Of a DNA stretch of 64,000 bases, positions 27,406 through 37,298 are shown piece by piece (within the stretch, counting starts at the first letter, position 1; each line of letters starts with the position of its first letter). Source of the DNA: an uncultured Bacteroidota bacterium (lineage in GTDB: Bacteria > Bacteroidota > Bacteroidia > Chitinophagales > Saprospiraceae); the NCBI GenBank assembly GCA_903925535.1, contig CAIYFY010000235.1, positions 6,473 through 70,472 of the forward strand. The letters are read 5' to 3'. The notes under the pieces are model-generated. The model had not been told where the DNA came from and ran no database searches. It was given only the letters and a program-made list of their open reading frames with translations. The translations under genes were made by a program, and so were the position numbers.

Positions 27406-29865
27406 ATGAAATACACGCTGTTACTGCTGGGCCTGTTCGGCCTGTCCTCCTGCTCAAAGCCGCTCTGGGCTCCCGTACCGGGCCATATAACCACGCCCTG
27501 GACCGACAAGGTGAGTGCCCGCAATCCGTGGCCCGAATACCCGAGACCACACCTCGTGCGGAAGCGCTGGCAAAATCTCAACGGACTCTGGAGCTACGCC
27601 ATACGGCCAGTCAGCGAGGGAGTGCCTGATGCCTGGGACGGACAGATTCTCGTGCCTTTCCCGGTGGAGTCGTCTCTGTCAGGCGTGAAAAAACAGGTGG
27701 ACAATAACCACAGACTGTGGTACAAACGCACGTTCAATCTCCCCGCCTCCTGGAAAAAGTCAAATGTACTCATCCATTTCGAGGCGGTTGACTGGGAATG
27801 CAGGCTGCTGGTGAACGGAAAGGAAGCTGGCACGCACAGGGGTGGATATGATCCTTTTTCTTTTGAAATAGGGGATTATCTCCGGCCCGGCGAGAATGAA
27901 CTCGTATTGAGTGTGTACGACCCCACCGACAAAGGCTGGCAACCCGTCGGGAAACAGACGCTTACCCCCGGCGGTATTTTCTATACCTCTGTCACCGGTA
28001 TCTGGCAAACGGTCTGGCTGGAAGCTGTCCCAAATACTTATATTGCTGATTATCAGGCTTTTTCAGATATTGATAAGGGTGTCGTCCGTGTATCATGCGA
28101 GATTGCAGGCACGCTCCCATGCGACGGTATTGAGGTGGAAGCGCTCGAAAAGGGGCGTGTCGTGGCTTCCGGACAGGCTCGTCCGAACGAAACGGTGGAG
28201 CTACGCATCCCGGATCCGGTGCTGTGGTCGCCCGCGCGCCCGCACCTGTACGCTCTGAAAATCAGACTGCTCCGGCAGGGGCACCCGGCAGATGAAGTGT
28301 CGGGCTATTTCGGTATGAGGAAGGTGTCGCTCGGAAAGGACGACAAGGGTCTGACCCGTATGCTCGTCAACAATCAGTTCGTTTTTCAGAATGGCCCCCT
28401 CGATCAGGGTTTCTGGCCGGATGGCATTTACACTCCACCCACCGAGGATGCCATGAGATATGACCTGGAAATGATCCGGAAAATGGGCTTCAATATGCTG
28501 CGCAAGCACGTGAAGGTGGAACCGCGCCGCTTTTATTACTGGTGCGACCGGATGGGTCTGCTCGTGTGGCAGGATATGCCCAACGGCGACGCCAAAATTG
28601 CCCCCGAAGATCCGGATATCACCCGGACGCAGGAGTCGGCCCGGCAGTTTGAACAGGAGCTGACCAGACTGGTAAAAACACATATCAATCACCCTTCCAT
28701 TATTATGTGGGTGCCCTTCAACGAGGGCTGGGGCCAGTATGAAACTCCCCGTATTGTCAGCTATGTCAAGTCGCTGGACCCGTCGCGGCTGGTGAATAAC
28801 GCCAGCGGATGGTCGGACCGCCGCACCGGTGATGTGCTCGACTGGCACAGTTACCCGGCGCCTTCATGCCCGCCTGCAGAGGAGAACAGGGCCATTGTAC
28901 TCGGTGAATTCGGCGGACTGGGCCTGAATACGGAAGGACATATGTGGGAAAACAGCAACTGGGGCTACAGCTCGTATGCCACCCCGGAGTCTCTGCTGAA
29001 TGATTATGAAAAGTATTACGCCGAGGTATGGGGACCATTCAGAAATCAGGGACTGAGCGCCTCCATTTATACCCAGATCACTGACGTGGAAACGGAAGCC
29101 AACGGACTGATGACCTATGACCGGAAGGTCAGCAAGATTGACCCGGCTGTACTGCGCGATATCAACACGGGATCTTTTACCGCAGCACCGGTTATTGATC
29201 CGCCGGGCGGTATGATCAATCCGGGCGATTCGGTGCGCATTAAAGGTTCACCTGATGCGATTGTAACCGTCGGTTACGGAGGGAACGCCTTTCAGCGTGT
29301 TACCCTCCTGAAACCATACAAAAGCGGACGGGTGACGGCCATTGCCACTGTGAACGGACGAAAGAGCCGGGTGGTGGCTGCCGATTTTGTCGTTACAGAC
29401 CAGAAAAAACCTGTTTATACCACCGGATATCACCCGAAATACCGGGGCGGCGGACCTTTCGGACTGCGCGACGGACTCACCGGCGGCGAGCAGTTCAGTG
29501 ATGGCCGCTGGCAGGGGTTTTCAGGGAATGACCTCGAAACAACCTTCGAACTGAAGGAAACAACCACTGTCAGCGAAGTGCAGGCCGGATTTCTGGAAAA
29601 TACCGGCGTGTGGATATTCCCCCCGCGCAAAGTGACTGTGCTGACCTCTGAAGACGGTGTCCGGTTTGAGAAAGCCGGAGAGCTTGCTCCCGTACCTCCG
29701 ACAGAAAACCGTCCGGCGCGAATCGAAAGGCTGAGCATATCTTTCAGCGAACGACCCGCGCGCTTCATACGCATACGCGCGGAGAACACCGGCGTTTGTC
29801 CGGAGTGGCACCCCGGCAAAGGACAGAATTGCTGGCTTTTTACCGACGAAATAAGCTGGAAGTGA
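27406..29865 (+). CDS. Glycoside hydrolase family 2 protein with a C-terminal F5/8 type C (discoidin) domain
   Basis: GH2-like sugar-binding and TIM regions are present ('WQNLNGLWSY', 'MWVPFNEGWGQY' with the NE acid/base pair). The discoidin-like end reads 'FIRIRAENTGVCPEWHPGKGQNCWLFTDEISW'. The ATG at 27406 gives the lipoprotein signal 'MKYTLLLLGLFGLSSCSK'. Confidence 0.83.
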   Translation: MKYTLLLLGLFGLSSCSKPLWAPVPGHITTPWTDKVSARNPWPEYPRPHLVRKRWQNLNGLWSYAIRPVSEGVPDAWDGQILVPFPVESSLSGVKKQVDNNHRLWYKRTFNLPASWKKSNVLIHFEAVDWECRLLVNGKEAGTHRGGYDPFSFEIGDYLRPGENELVLSVYDPTDKGWQPVGKQTLTPGGIFYTSVTGIWQTVWLEAVPNTYIADYQAFSDIDKGVVRVSCEIAGTLPCDGIEVEALEKGRVVASGQARPNETVELRIPDPVLWSPARPHLYALKIRLLRQGHPADEVSGYFGMRKVSLGKDDKGLTRMLVNNQFVFQNGPLDQGFWPDGIYTPPTEDAMRYDLEMIRKMGFNMLRKHVKVEPRRFYYWCDRMGLLVWQDMPNGDAKIAPEDPDITRTQESARQFEQELTRLVKTHINHPSIIMWVPFNEGWGQYETPRIVSYVKSLDPSRLVNNASGWSDRRTGDVLDWHSYPAPSCPPAEENRAIVLGEFGGLGLNTEGHMWENSNWGYSSYATPESLLNDYEKYYAEVWGPFRNQGLSASIYTQITDVETEANGLMTYDRKVSKIDPAVLRDINTGSFTAAPVIDPPGGMINPGDSVRIKGSPDAIVTVGYGGNAFQRVTLLKPYKSGRVTAIATVNGRKSRVVAADFVVTDQKKPVYTTGYHPKYRGGGPFGLRDGLTGGEQFSDGRWQGFSGNDLETTFELKETTTVSEVQAGFLENTGVWIFPPRKVTVLTSEDGVRFEKAGELAPVPPTENRPARIERLSISFSERPARFIRIRAENTGVCPEWHPGKGQNCWLFTDEISWK

Positions 29866-29880
29866 GCGTTTTCCCGGTTA

Positions 29881-31236
29881 TCAGTGTACAATCTTTCTGG
29901 TAATCCTGCTGCCATCGGGAAGCAGGATCTCCAGCAGATATACACCCGCCGGCCGGTGTGTCAGCACAATATGATCGGAGCTGCGCCCGCTCTCCAGCGA
30001 AACACCCGACAGTGTGCCGAGCCGCCAGTTCCATTCGCTGTTATCGCCCACGTTGACATATACCCTGTCTGACGCCGGGTTAGGGAAAACATCCACCGAA
30101 ACATTACTGGCAGGAGCGCTCGTACTGGTAGTGCCCAGTCTGAACAGAAACAGTCCGTTCTGCATGTCGCTGGAAATGATGGTGCCCGATGGCAGCCAGG
30201 GATAGTTGCCCCAGTTGCCAAAATACCCGTTGTAAGTGGTGTTCTCCGGTCGGGTATCGTAGTGGGCAATCAGCACCGGGTTCAGGCGGTTGCTGATGTC
30301 GTACACCAGCAGCCCGTCCTCGTACTGTGAGTCGAAGAGCAGATCGTCCTTGATATAAACATTGTGCGGAATGGCTTTTTTTTCCGGGTTGTCGGGATCG
30401 AGCAGGTTGTCAATAAATGATCCGACCACTTCGATCTCTCCCAGCGACAGGTTTTGCAAATCCACGATGCGCATGGGCATGCCGGCAGGTATTTCTTCGG
30501 CATAATAGGCGTACTTGCCGTCGAGGGTGAGCCAGCTGTTGTGGTTATAGCCTCCGGTGGATATCTGGGCCAGCAGTTTCGGATTCAGCGGGTCTTTGTA
30601 GTCAAACACATAATAACCTTCATAGCCGGAAGAAGCATATACGGTGTCGTTGCGCACGTAGCAGTCGTGCACATAGCCGCCCGGGATATCAACGTGGCCG
30701 AGCATGGTGGGCGAATCGGGGTTCTGACTGACATCGAGTACCATAATGCCGTTGCCTGCATTTCCACCGTTCAGATAGAGTCGTCCGGACACGGTATCCA
30801 GCGCAATGGTGTGAATTTTTTTGAAAAAGGTGGTGTCCCAGTAGGTCTGTGTAATTTCACCGGGTGCATTGCTCATGTTGATAATCATGAGTCCGTCCTT
30901 GCCTCCGTCAGCCACCGCGTAAAACCTGTTTTTGTAGGATTTGAACTCCCGCGGAACCACCGTCGAGCGGCCCTGAAACTTTCCGGCGAGTTGGGGCTGG
31001 TAGGGATCTGTTACATCGAGCACCAGTACATGTGCAGCTCCCCCTATGATGGCATATTCGTGGTTGTTGACTGCCATACCCCAGCAGGCGTTGTACTGCA
31101 GATTGAGGTTGTTGGGAGAAGAAACGGGCAGCGAGTCGTCGTCCCAGCGCGCCAGCAGTTCGAGGTTGAAATTATTTTGGCCGTACAGAGAGGCCGAAAG
31201 CAGCACGCTGCACAACAAAACGATACTTTTGCTCAT
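29881..31236 (-). CDS. LVIVD-repeat / choice-of-anchor-B-type beta-propeller protein with a T9SS C-terminal sorting domain
   Basis: Signal peptide 'MSKSIVLLCSVLLSASLYGQ'. Repeated 'G.LV.D.S.P..P' blocks are present ('HVLVLDVTDPYQPQ', 'GIMVLDVSQNPDSP', 'GLLVYDISNRLNP'). The tail reads 'VDVFPNPASDRVYVNV...GVYLLEILLPDGSRITRKIVH'. Confidence 0.8.
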   Translation of the reverse strand: MSKSIVLLCSVLLSASLYGQNNFNLELLARWDDDSLPVSSPNNLNLQYNACWGMAVNNHEYAIIGGAAHVLVLDVTDPYQPQLAGKFQGRSTVVPREFKSYKNRFYAVADGGKDGLMIINMSNAPGEITQTYWDTTFFKKIHTIALDTVSGRLYLNGGNAGNGIMVLDVSQNPDSPTMLGHVDIPGGYVHDCYVRNDTVYASSGYEGYYVFDYKDPLNPKLLAQISTGGYNHNSWLTLDGKYAYYAEEIPAGMPMRIVDLQNLSLGEIEVVGSFIDNLLDPDNPEKKAIPHNVYIKDDLLFDSQYEDGLLVYDISNRLNPVLIAHYDTRPENTTYNGYFGNWGNYPWLPSGTIISSDMQNGLFLFRLGTTSTSAPASNVSVDVFPNPASDRVYVNVGDNSEWNWRLGTLSGVSLESGRSSDHIVLTHRPAGVYLLEILLPDGSRITRKIVH

Positions 31237-31315
31237 GAAAACAGTAAATGGTTATCGGAAGGCAACCTGCCTGCCGGGTGAAACGTCAAATGAACCCGCA
31301 CGAAAGTAAAGCATT

Positions 31316-32401
31316 ATGAAAAAACAAACCTGTCTGATTGTTCAATTGCTCATTTTATCTGTATTTCCCGCCTTTTCGCAGAAATACAGCAACGAATTTT
31401 TGTCCATCGGAGTAGGGGCAAGGGCTCACGGACTGTCGGGAGCGCAGGTAGCACTATCCGACGATATTACGGCGGCGTACTGGAATCCGGCGGGTCTCGC
31501 GCGCATATCCGCGCCCATGCAGGCTGCGGCCATGCACGCGGAGTGGTTCGGAGGTGTCGGGCAATATGATTATCTGTCTTTCGGCAAGTCGCTGCGAGGA
31601 GCCAACAGCGAATATCTCGCTTTTTCACTCATCAGACTGGGTATAGACAACATACCCTATACGATCAACCTCGTGAATGCCGATGGCACTATCAACTACG
31701 ACAACGTCACGGAGTTTTCGGCGGCCGACTATGCGCTGATGGGCAGTTACGCCCGCGCGCTGAAGAACCCTGCCCTGACGGTGGGCGGCAGTGTCAAGGT
31801 AATCCGCCGGGTGATTGGCTCTTTCGGGCGGTCGTGGGGCTTCGGGGCCGATCTGGGCATACAATACCGGAAAGGCAACCTCATGCTGGGGGCTCAGGGC
31901 CGCGACCTGACCACCACCTTCAATGCCTGGTCGTTCAGGCTTACCGACCGGGAAAAAGCCGTTTTTGATTCCACCGGTAACGATCTGCCGGAGTCAGGCG
32001 CAGAGATTACACGCCCCCGGGTGATTCTGGGCGGTGCGTACAAACTGAAAGCGGGCGTCAAAACTACCATTACCCCGGTGCTTGACCTGGAGTTTACCAC
32101 CGACGGACAGCGCAATGTGCTGGTTAGCTCCGATTTTTTCAACATGGATATGCGACTGGGCGCGGAGGTAGTCTATAACAACCTCGTGAGCCTGCGCGCG
32201 GGCGCGGGCAACTTTCAGCGGTTAAAAGACGATTTCGATCCGGACAGGGAGCGGCTGATAGCCCAGCCCAATTTCGGTATCGGATTGCGCCTGAATCGCG
32301 TATCGCTCGATTATGCCATGACGAATATAGGGAATGTGGCTACGGTGCAGTACTCGCATGTGTTTTCTGTGCGGGTGGATATTGCATCGAAAACCCGATG
32401 A
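31316..32401 (+). CDS. PorV/PorQ-family (FadL-like) outer-membrane barrel, T9SS-associated family
   Basis: The N-terminus 'SNEFLSIGVGARAHGLSGAQVALSDDITAAYWNPAGLA' matches the pattern I recall for PorV/PorQ-type proteins. Signal peptide 'MKKQTCLIVQLLILSVFPAFSQ'. Confidence 0.68.
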   Translation: MKKQTCLIVQLLILSVFPAFSQKYSNEFLSIGVGARAHGLSGAQVALSDDITAAYWNPAGLARISAPMQAAAMHAEWFGGVGQYDYLSFGKSLRGANSEYLAFSLIRLGIDNIPYTINLVNADGTINYDNVTEFSAADYALMGSYARALKNPALTVGGSVKVIRRVIGSFGRSWGFGADLGIQYRKGNLMLGAQGRDLTTTFNAWSFRLTDREKAVFDSTGNDLPESGAEITRPRVILGGAYKLKAGVKTTITPVLDLEFTTDGQRNVLVSSDFFNMDMRLGAEVVYNNLVSLRAGAGNFQRLKDDFDPDRERLIAQPNFGIGLRLNRVSLDYAMTNIGNVATVQYSHVFSVRVDIASKTR

Positions 32402-32575
32402 ACGTGCGTCTGCTGCATCTCGCCATGCCGTGCAACGGGGCCCGGTAACTCGTCTTTATACTGCTTCTTCGAAAAGCCGTTACGTCATCTATCCCGGTTC
32501 GTTGAGTCCGGGCTGGTCACATAATATTTGTACCGGATTTGTTTCCAATCGTGTCTTGCGTTACCTTTGTCATCT

Positions 32576-34279
32576 ATGATTACGAAAATACGGATCAGAA
32601 ATTTCAGGCAAATAAAGGATCAAACCATTGATCTGGGGCAGGCTGTTGTGATTATTGGTCCGAATAATGGAGGTAAGAGTTCCTTGCTCCAGGCTATTTC
32701 TTTATTTGCTGTTGCAACAAGAGCGTGGGGTACAGAAAGAATCAATAAAAAAAGCAAGGCATCAAAGAGAACCGGTGTAGCCATCAATCTGGAAGAAGTC
32801 CTCAATATTCCTGTCAGCGATTTCAAGGAATTATGGACAGACCTGATTGTAAGGGAAGGGTCTGCCAGTGAAGAAGGGAAACCGATCGTAAAAAATGTTC
32901 GAATAGAAATAATCGCCGAGGGTTATACGGATAAACAGCCCTGGAAAACAGGCTTCGAATTTGATTATGGCCGGGACAGTCTGATCTACGCAAGATTAAC
33001 CCGGGATGAAGAAGGAAATCTGTATGAGTTCCCGGAGGTGCTGTTGAATGAAAAAATTGGCTTTTTACCCTCGGTCGCAGGGCTCAAGCCAACGGAAGAC
33101 AAACTGGAAGTCGGTTCTATTTTGCGGTATATCGGCAGTGGTAATACGTCCGATGTACTGCGAAATATTTGTTATTTGCTCTATGCCAGGGAAGACAAAA
33201 CGAGCTGGATGCAATTTTCGGCAGAAATAGAGGGTTTGTTCAAAGTGCAACTCAATCCACCGAAATACATCCCGGCAACGGGACTGCTCAAAATGAGCTA
33301 TAATGAAGGGGTGAAGAAAGATATTGATTTGTCGTCCCTGGGAAGCGGCACGAAGCAGGCTATCCTGCTCTTCGCTTATTTGCTCGCATTCCCCAATACT
33401 GTTAATATGCTGGATGAGCCCGACGCTCACCTGGAAGTCATACGACAGTCAAATATTTATGATAAAATCAGTGATCTGGCAAAGAAGAATAACAGTCAGC
33501 TTATTGTGGCAAGCCATTCTGAAAGCGTCACGAGCCGGGCATTCGGGAAGGATCTGGTGATTTCAGGAATTTTTGGTGCCTTTGAGCAGGTAAATCAGGA
33601 GAAATATATAAAATCTGTATTGCGCGATATAGGATATGAAGAGTTTTTGATTGCAAAACAACGTCCCTTTATACTGTATTTTGAGGGGACAACGGACCTG
33701 GATTTCATCAAAGCTTTCTGTAAAAAATTGGGATTTTCAGACATTCATCAGTTTATTGAAGAAAATGTATTCCCCTATCCTGTCGGCAACGACGTAAACA
33801 GAGTCAGAAACCATTTTGATGCTTTAAGGAAATTTATTCCGGATCTTAAAGGATATGCCATATTTGACAATCTGAAAAGAAATATCGAGAATAATCAACC
33901 CGGTTTGATGATCAAACAATGGCGCAGAAACGAAATCGAGAATTATTTACCCTTGCCGGATACATTGTACAGTTACGCTGATGCCCTGTATGCGGGCACT
34001 TTCTGGCAGAAAAGACTCAGAGAACTGGTTGACGGGCGTATTCCACCCGTCGCACTGGGTAATCTGTCTGATTCATTCTGGATTACTACCAAAATAAGCG
34101 ATGATTTTTTAATGCCACTGTTTGAAAATTTTCTTGATGAGGCCGGGATACCGAGAGGTATTATGGATAAATCAAAGTTTTACCAGCTGGTTGATTACGT
34201 CAATCCTGATTTGATAGAAAGTGAGCTGACAGACATGATCCGGGGATTTTACAACTTCTTTGTCAGTGAAGCGTCATAG
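32576..34279 (+). CDS. ABC-type (AAA_15/21-like) ATPase fused to a DUF4435/OLD-type TOPRIM-like C-terminal domain; candidate single-gene PARIS-like/OLD-like defence protein
   Basis: Walker A 'GPNNGGKSS' (nt 32657-32683), signature-like 'LSSLGSGTKQ', Walker B 'VNMLDEPDAHLE' and 'VASHSE'. The C-terminal domain has 'PFILYFEGTTDLDFIKAF', 'YAIFDN' and 'WRRNEIENYL'. The ATG at 32576 gives 'MITKIRIRNFRQIKD'. It is AT-rich relative to its neighbours. Confidence 0.72.
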   Translation: MITKIRIRNFRQIKDQTIDLGQAVVIIGPNNGGKSSLLQAISLFAVATRAWGTERINKKSKASKRTGVAINLEEVLNIPVSDFKELWTDLIVREGSASEEGKPIVKNVRIEIIAEGYTDKQPWKTGFEFDYGRDSLIYARLTRDEEGNLYEFPEVLLNEKIGFLPSVAGLKPTEDKLEVGSILRYIGSGNTSDVLRNICYLLYAREDKTSWMQFSAEIEGLFKVQLNPPKYIPATGLLKMSYNEGVKKDIDLSSLGSGTKQAILLFAYLLAFPNTVNMLDEPDAHLEVIRQSNIYDKISDLAKKNNSQLIVASHSESVTSRAFGKDLVISGIFGAFEQVNQEKYIKSVLRDIGYEEFLIAKQRPFILYFEGTTDLDFIKAFCKKLGFSDIHQFIEENVFPYPVGNDVNRVRNHFDALRKFIPDLKGYAIFDNLKRNIENNQPGLMIKQWRRNEIENYLPLPDTLYSYADALYAGTFWQKRLRELVDGRIPPVALGNLSDSFWITTKISDDFLMPLFENFLDEAGIPRGIMDKSKFYQLVDYVNPDLIESELTDMIRGFYNFFVSEAS

Positions 34280-34315
34280 TATGTCCGGGATGCACTTCGC
34301 GCCCGCGAGCCGCCC

Positions 34316-36337
34316 TCACTTCGGAAATATCACCGTCCCCCCTTTCGCCGCGATGTCGTTCCGCGTGGCGAGCAGTTTCTGCTGTACCTTCATGTAGCGC
34401 ATCATGCTCTCGTCGTCGCCAGCCAGCGATGCGGCCTTGATGCGTGCCAGGTTCTGGTCACACATCTTGTTCACTTTCAGCAGTTTGAAGCGCAACAGCG
34501 CCTGCTTCATGTCCAGATCAAAGTTCAGATCGGGCATCTTCTGGTTCTGAAGCGGGTAGTTCCACATGCCCTCCCAGTTGGGTGAGTAATCCCACGGCTC
34601 CGATAAGATATTAATGGTCAGTTCGCAGACTTCCGCCGAAGGGTGTTGAATAAAGTAATGCTGGTCGAATGTTCTGCCGCTCAGGAGCATATCCCGGCAC
34701 TCGATGGCGATTTTGGCGTACAGCGGATCGTCGAAACTGTCCAGCGAATCGCCTATGTCAGACAGGATATATTCCGCTACCGAGACCTGCTCCTGTTCCA
34801 GGATGCGGTTGCCGTACTGTATCAGCATCCTGACGACGTCGCGCTCCTGAACGGCTCCGCCCCGGGGCTGCCGGCGGGGCTCGCCGGGCTCCACCGGGAA
34901 GGGTGGTGGCTGGTCGGGCGGGAAATCCGCGTCGGAGGACATGGGTGGCATCTCGGCGGGCCACTCCTCGCCAGGCATGAACGGCCCGGAGTCGCTGGCT
35001 CTGCCCGGCTGTCTGGCTGCTTTCTCTTCCTTCTTCCGGATGCTTCCGGCAATGATCCTGTTCAGTTCTGCCGACAGGGTCTGCTCTGCCACCTCCATTA
35101 AAGTGGCACATTCTCTCAGATAAACGCTCCGCTTGATCGGATCCGGAATACGCGCAATGCTGCCCACAATATCCTTGATCAGTCCGGCTCTCTTGATCGG
35201 ATCATGGCGTGTTTCTTCCAGCAGTAACTCGGTCTTGAACAGGATGAAGTCTTTTGCGTTGGCTGCCACAAACTGAGTCATCGCCTCGCCGCCAAACGCC
35301 TGCACATACGAATCGGGATCGTGCCCGTCGGGAAACAGACATATTTTGACGTTCAAATCCTGCTCGAGGGCCAGATCAAGACCGCGAAGGGCTGCCTTCA
35401 CGCCCGCAGCATCGCCGTCGTACAGTATTTTCAGGTTGTCGGTATGCCGCCTGATCAATTGCAGCTGCCCTTCCGTGAGGGAGGTGCCGGATGAGGCCAC
35501 CACGTTTTCAATGCCGGCCTGATACAGGGAAATCACATCCATGTAGCCCTCCACCAGCAGACATTCATCGTGTTGCCGGATGGCCTTCCGGGCCTGATAC
35601 AATCCGTATAATGTTTTGTTTTTTATATAAATTTCCGTCTCCGGACTATTTATATACTTTGGAATGGTCTTTTCTGACGACATGGTTCTGCCCGCGAAGG
35701 CAGCCACTTTCCCCGACAGGTTGTGTATGGCAAACATGACCCTGGCACGGAAGAAATCCCTGCTGCCATCCTGACTGCACAGCCCCACTTTTTTCAGCAG
35801 ATCAAGGCTGTGGCCCGTATTTTTGGCTTCCCGGACAAGCAGGTCGCGCTGATCGGGCGCATAACCGAGTCCGAAGGTGCGAATGGTTTCCTCGCGCAGT
35901 CCCCGTTTTCTGAAATAGGACAGCGCAACGGATTTTCCCTCGTCGGTATCAAACAGCTGCTGCTGGAAATGCTTCAGTCCGAACTCATTGACGATATAGA
36001 GGGAGTCGGCCAGCTGAATTTCCGCCAGCTGTTCGGGCGTTCGCTCGATTTCCTGGAGTTCGATGCCGTATTTTTTGGCCAGCCAGCGTATAGCTTCCAC
36101 GTAGGTCATCTTCTCGTGCTCGCGCAGGAAAGTGACGGCATCCCCGCCCTTTGCACAGCCGAAGCACTTGAAGATATTCCTCGCAGGATTTACGTTGAAC
36201 GAAGGTGTTTTTTCCCCGTGAAAGGGGCAGAGCCCGATCAGGTTCACCCCCCGTCTCTTCAGTGTAACGAACTCGCCCACCACGTCTTCAATACGGGCGG
36301 CGTCGAGTACATCCTGAATCTGGCGGGGCGGTATCAT
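34316..36337 (-). CDS. dnaG: DNA primase
   Basis: Zinc-ribbon region 'CPFHGEKTPSFNVNPARNIFKCFGCAKGGD' and TOPRIM 'LVEGYMDVISL...ILYDGDAAG'. The product is 673 aa with a Pro-rich insert. Confidence 0.93.
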   Translation of the reverse strand: MIPPRQIQDVLDAARIEDVVGEFVTLKRRGVNLIGLCPFHGEKTPSFNVNPARNIFKCFGCAKGGDAVTFLREHEKMTYVEAIRWLAKKYGIELQEIERTPEQLAEIQLADSLYIVNEFGLKHFQQQLFDTDEGKSVALSYFRKRGLREETIRTFGLGYAPDQRDLLVREAKNTGHSLDLLKKVGLCSQDGSRDFFRARVMFAIHNLSGKVAAFAGRTMSSEKTIPKYINSPETEIYIKNKTLYGLYQARKAIRQHDECLLVEGYMDVISLYQAGIENVVASSGTSLTEGQLQLIRRHTDNLKILYDGDAAGVKAALRGLDLALEQDLNVKICLFPDGHDPDSYVQAFGGEAMTQFVAANAKDFILFKTELLLEETRHDPIKRAGLIKDIVGSIARIPDPIKRSVYLRECATLMEVAEQTLSAELNRIIAGSIRKKEEKAARQPGRASDSGPFMPGEEWPAEMPPMSSDADFPPDQPPPFPVEPGEPRRQPRGGAVQERDVVRMLIQYGNRILEQEQVSVAEYILSDIGDSLDSFDDPLYAKIAIECRDMLLSGRTFDQHYFIQHPSAEVCELTINILSEPWDYSPNWEGMWNYPLQNQKMPDLNFDLDMKQALLRFKLLKVNKMCDQNLARIKAASLAGDDESMMRYMKVQQKLLATRNDIAAKGGTVIFPK

Positions 36338-36343
36338 GTTTCA

Positions 36344-37267
36344 TCAGTTGTTGTTCGCCAGGAGGTACAGCACGGCCATCCTGACCGCCACGCCATTCTC
36401 CACCTGATCGAGTATGATATTGTGCGGACTGTCGGCGGCATCGGAGCTGAGTTCCACCCCGCGGTTGATGGGGCCGGGGTGCATGAGCACAATGGGCCGG
36501 TCGAGCTCATCGAGCATTTTCCGCGTGATACCGAAGTACTGGTGGTACTCCCGCAGGCTGGGGAAGTACTTGATATCCTGGCGTTCGAGCTGTATGCGCA
36601 GGACATTGGCTACATCGCACCAGCGCAGGGTGTCGCGCACGTCGTGGCTCACCTCCACCCCGAGGTCGGCGTAATATTTCGGAATCAGCGTGGGCGGTCC
36701 GCATACCCTGACCCTGGCACCCAGCTTTTTCAGACAAAAAACATTGCTGAGTGCCACCCGGCTGTGCAGGATATCGCCGATGATGGCAATTTTTTTGCCC
36801 GTCACGTCGCCCAGCTTCTCGCGGATGGAGAAGGCGTCGAGCAGTGCCTGCGTGGGGTGCTCATGCGTCCCGTCGCCGGCGTTCACGATATTGGCAGGTA
36901 TTCTGGAGGAGAGATACACGCAGGCTCCGGGGGCCGGGTGGCGCATTACCACCATATCCACCTTCATGGCCAGGATATTGTTTACCGTGTCGAGGAGCGT
37001 TTCTCCCTTGCTCACACTGCTGCTGGATGCCGTAAAATTGACAATATCGGCGCTCAGGCGGCGCTCGGCGAGCTCGAAAGACACGCGGGTGCGCGTACTG
37101 CTCTCAAAAAACAGATTGGCCACCGTCACATCGCGCAGTGAAGGCACTTTCTTGATAGGACGGTTAATGACCTCCTTGAAGTTGTCGGCGGTTTCAAAAA
37201 TCAGTCTGATATCCTCTTCCGTGATACCCTTGATTCCTGTCAGGTGGCGCGATGAAAATTTGTTCAC
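36344..37267 (-). CDS. pyrB: Aspartate carbamoyltransferase catalytic subunit
   Basis: 'FFESSTRTRVSFELAERRL', 'HEHPTQALLD' and 'LMHPGPINRGVE' are present. Confidence 0.93.
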   Translation of the reverse strand: MNKFSSRHLTGIKGITEEDIRLIFETADNFKEVINRPIKKVPSLRDVTVANLFFESSTRTRVSFELAERRLSADIVNFTASSSSVSKGETLLDTVNNILAMKVDMVVMRHPAPGACVYLSSRIPANIVNAGDGTHEHPTQALLDAFSIREKLGDVTGKKIAIIGDILHSRVALSNVFCLKKLGARVRVCGPPTLIPKYYADLGVEVSHDVRDTLRWCDVANVLRIQLERQDIKYFPSLREYHQYFGITRKMLDELDRPIVLMHPGPINRGVELSSDAADSPHNIILDQVENGVAVRMAVLYLLANNN

Positions 37268-37298
37268 GGTGCAAAAAAGTTGTCTGTTTGATAGCTGA

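Noticed and set aside
35723-37141. 472-aa + strand ORF spanning the dnaG/pyrB boundary
   Set aside because: It is antisense to two unambiguous genes (dnaG and pyrB) and crosses their intergenic gap. It cannot be real alongside them.
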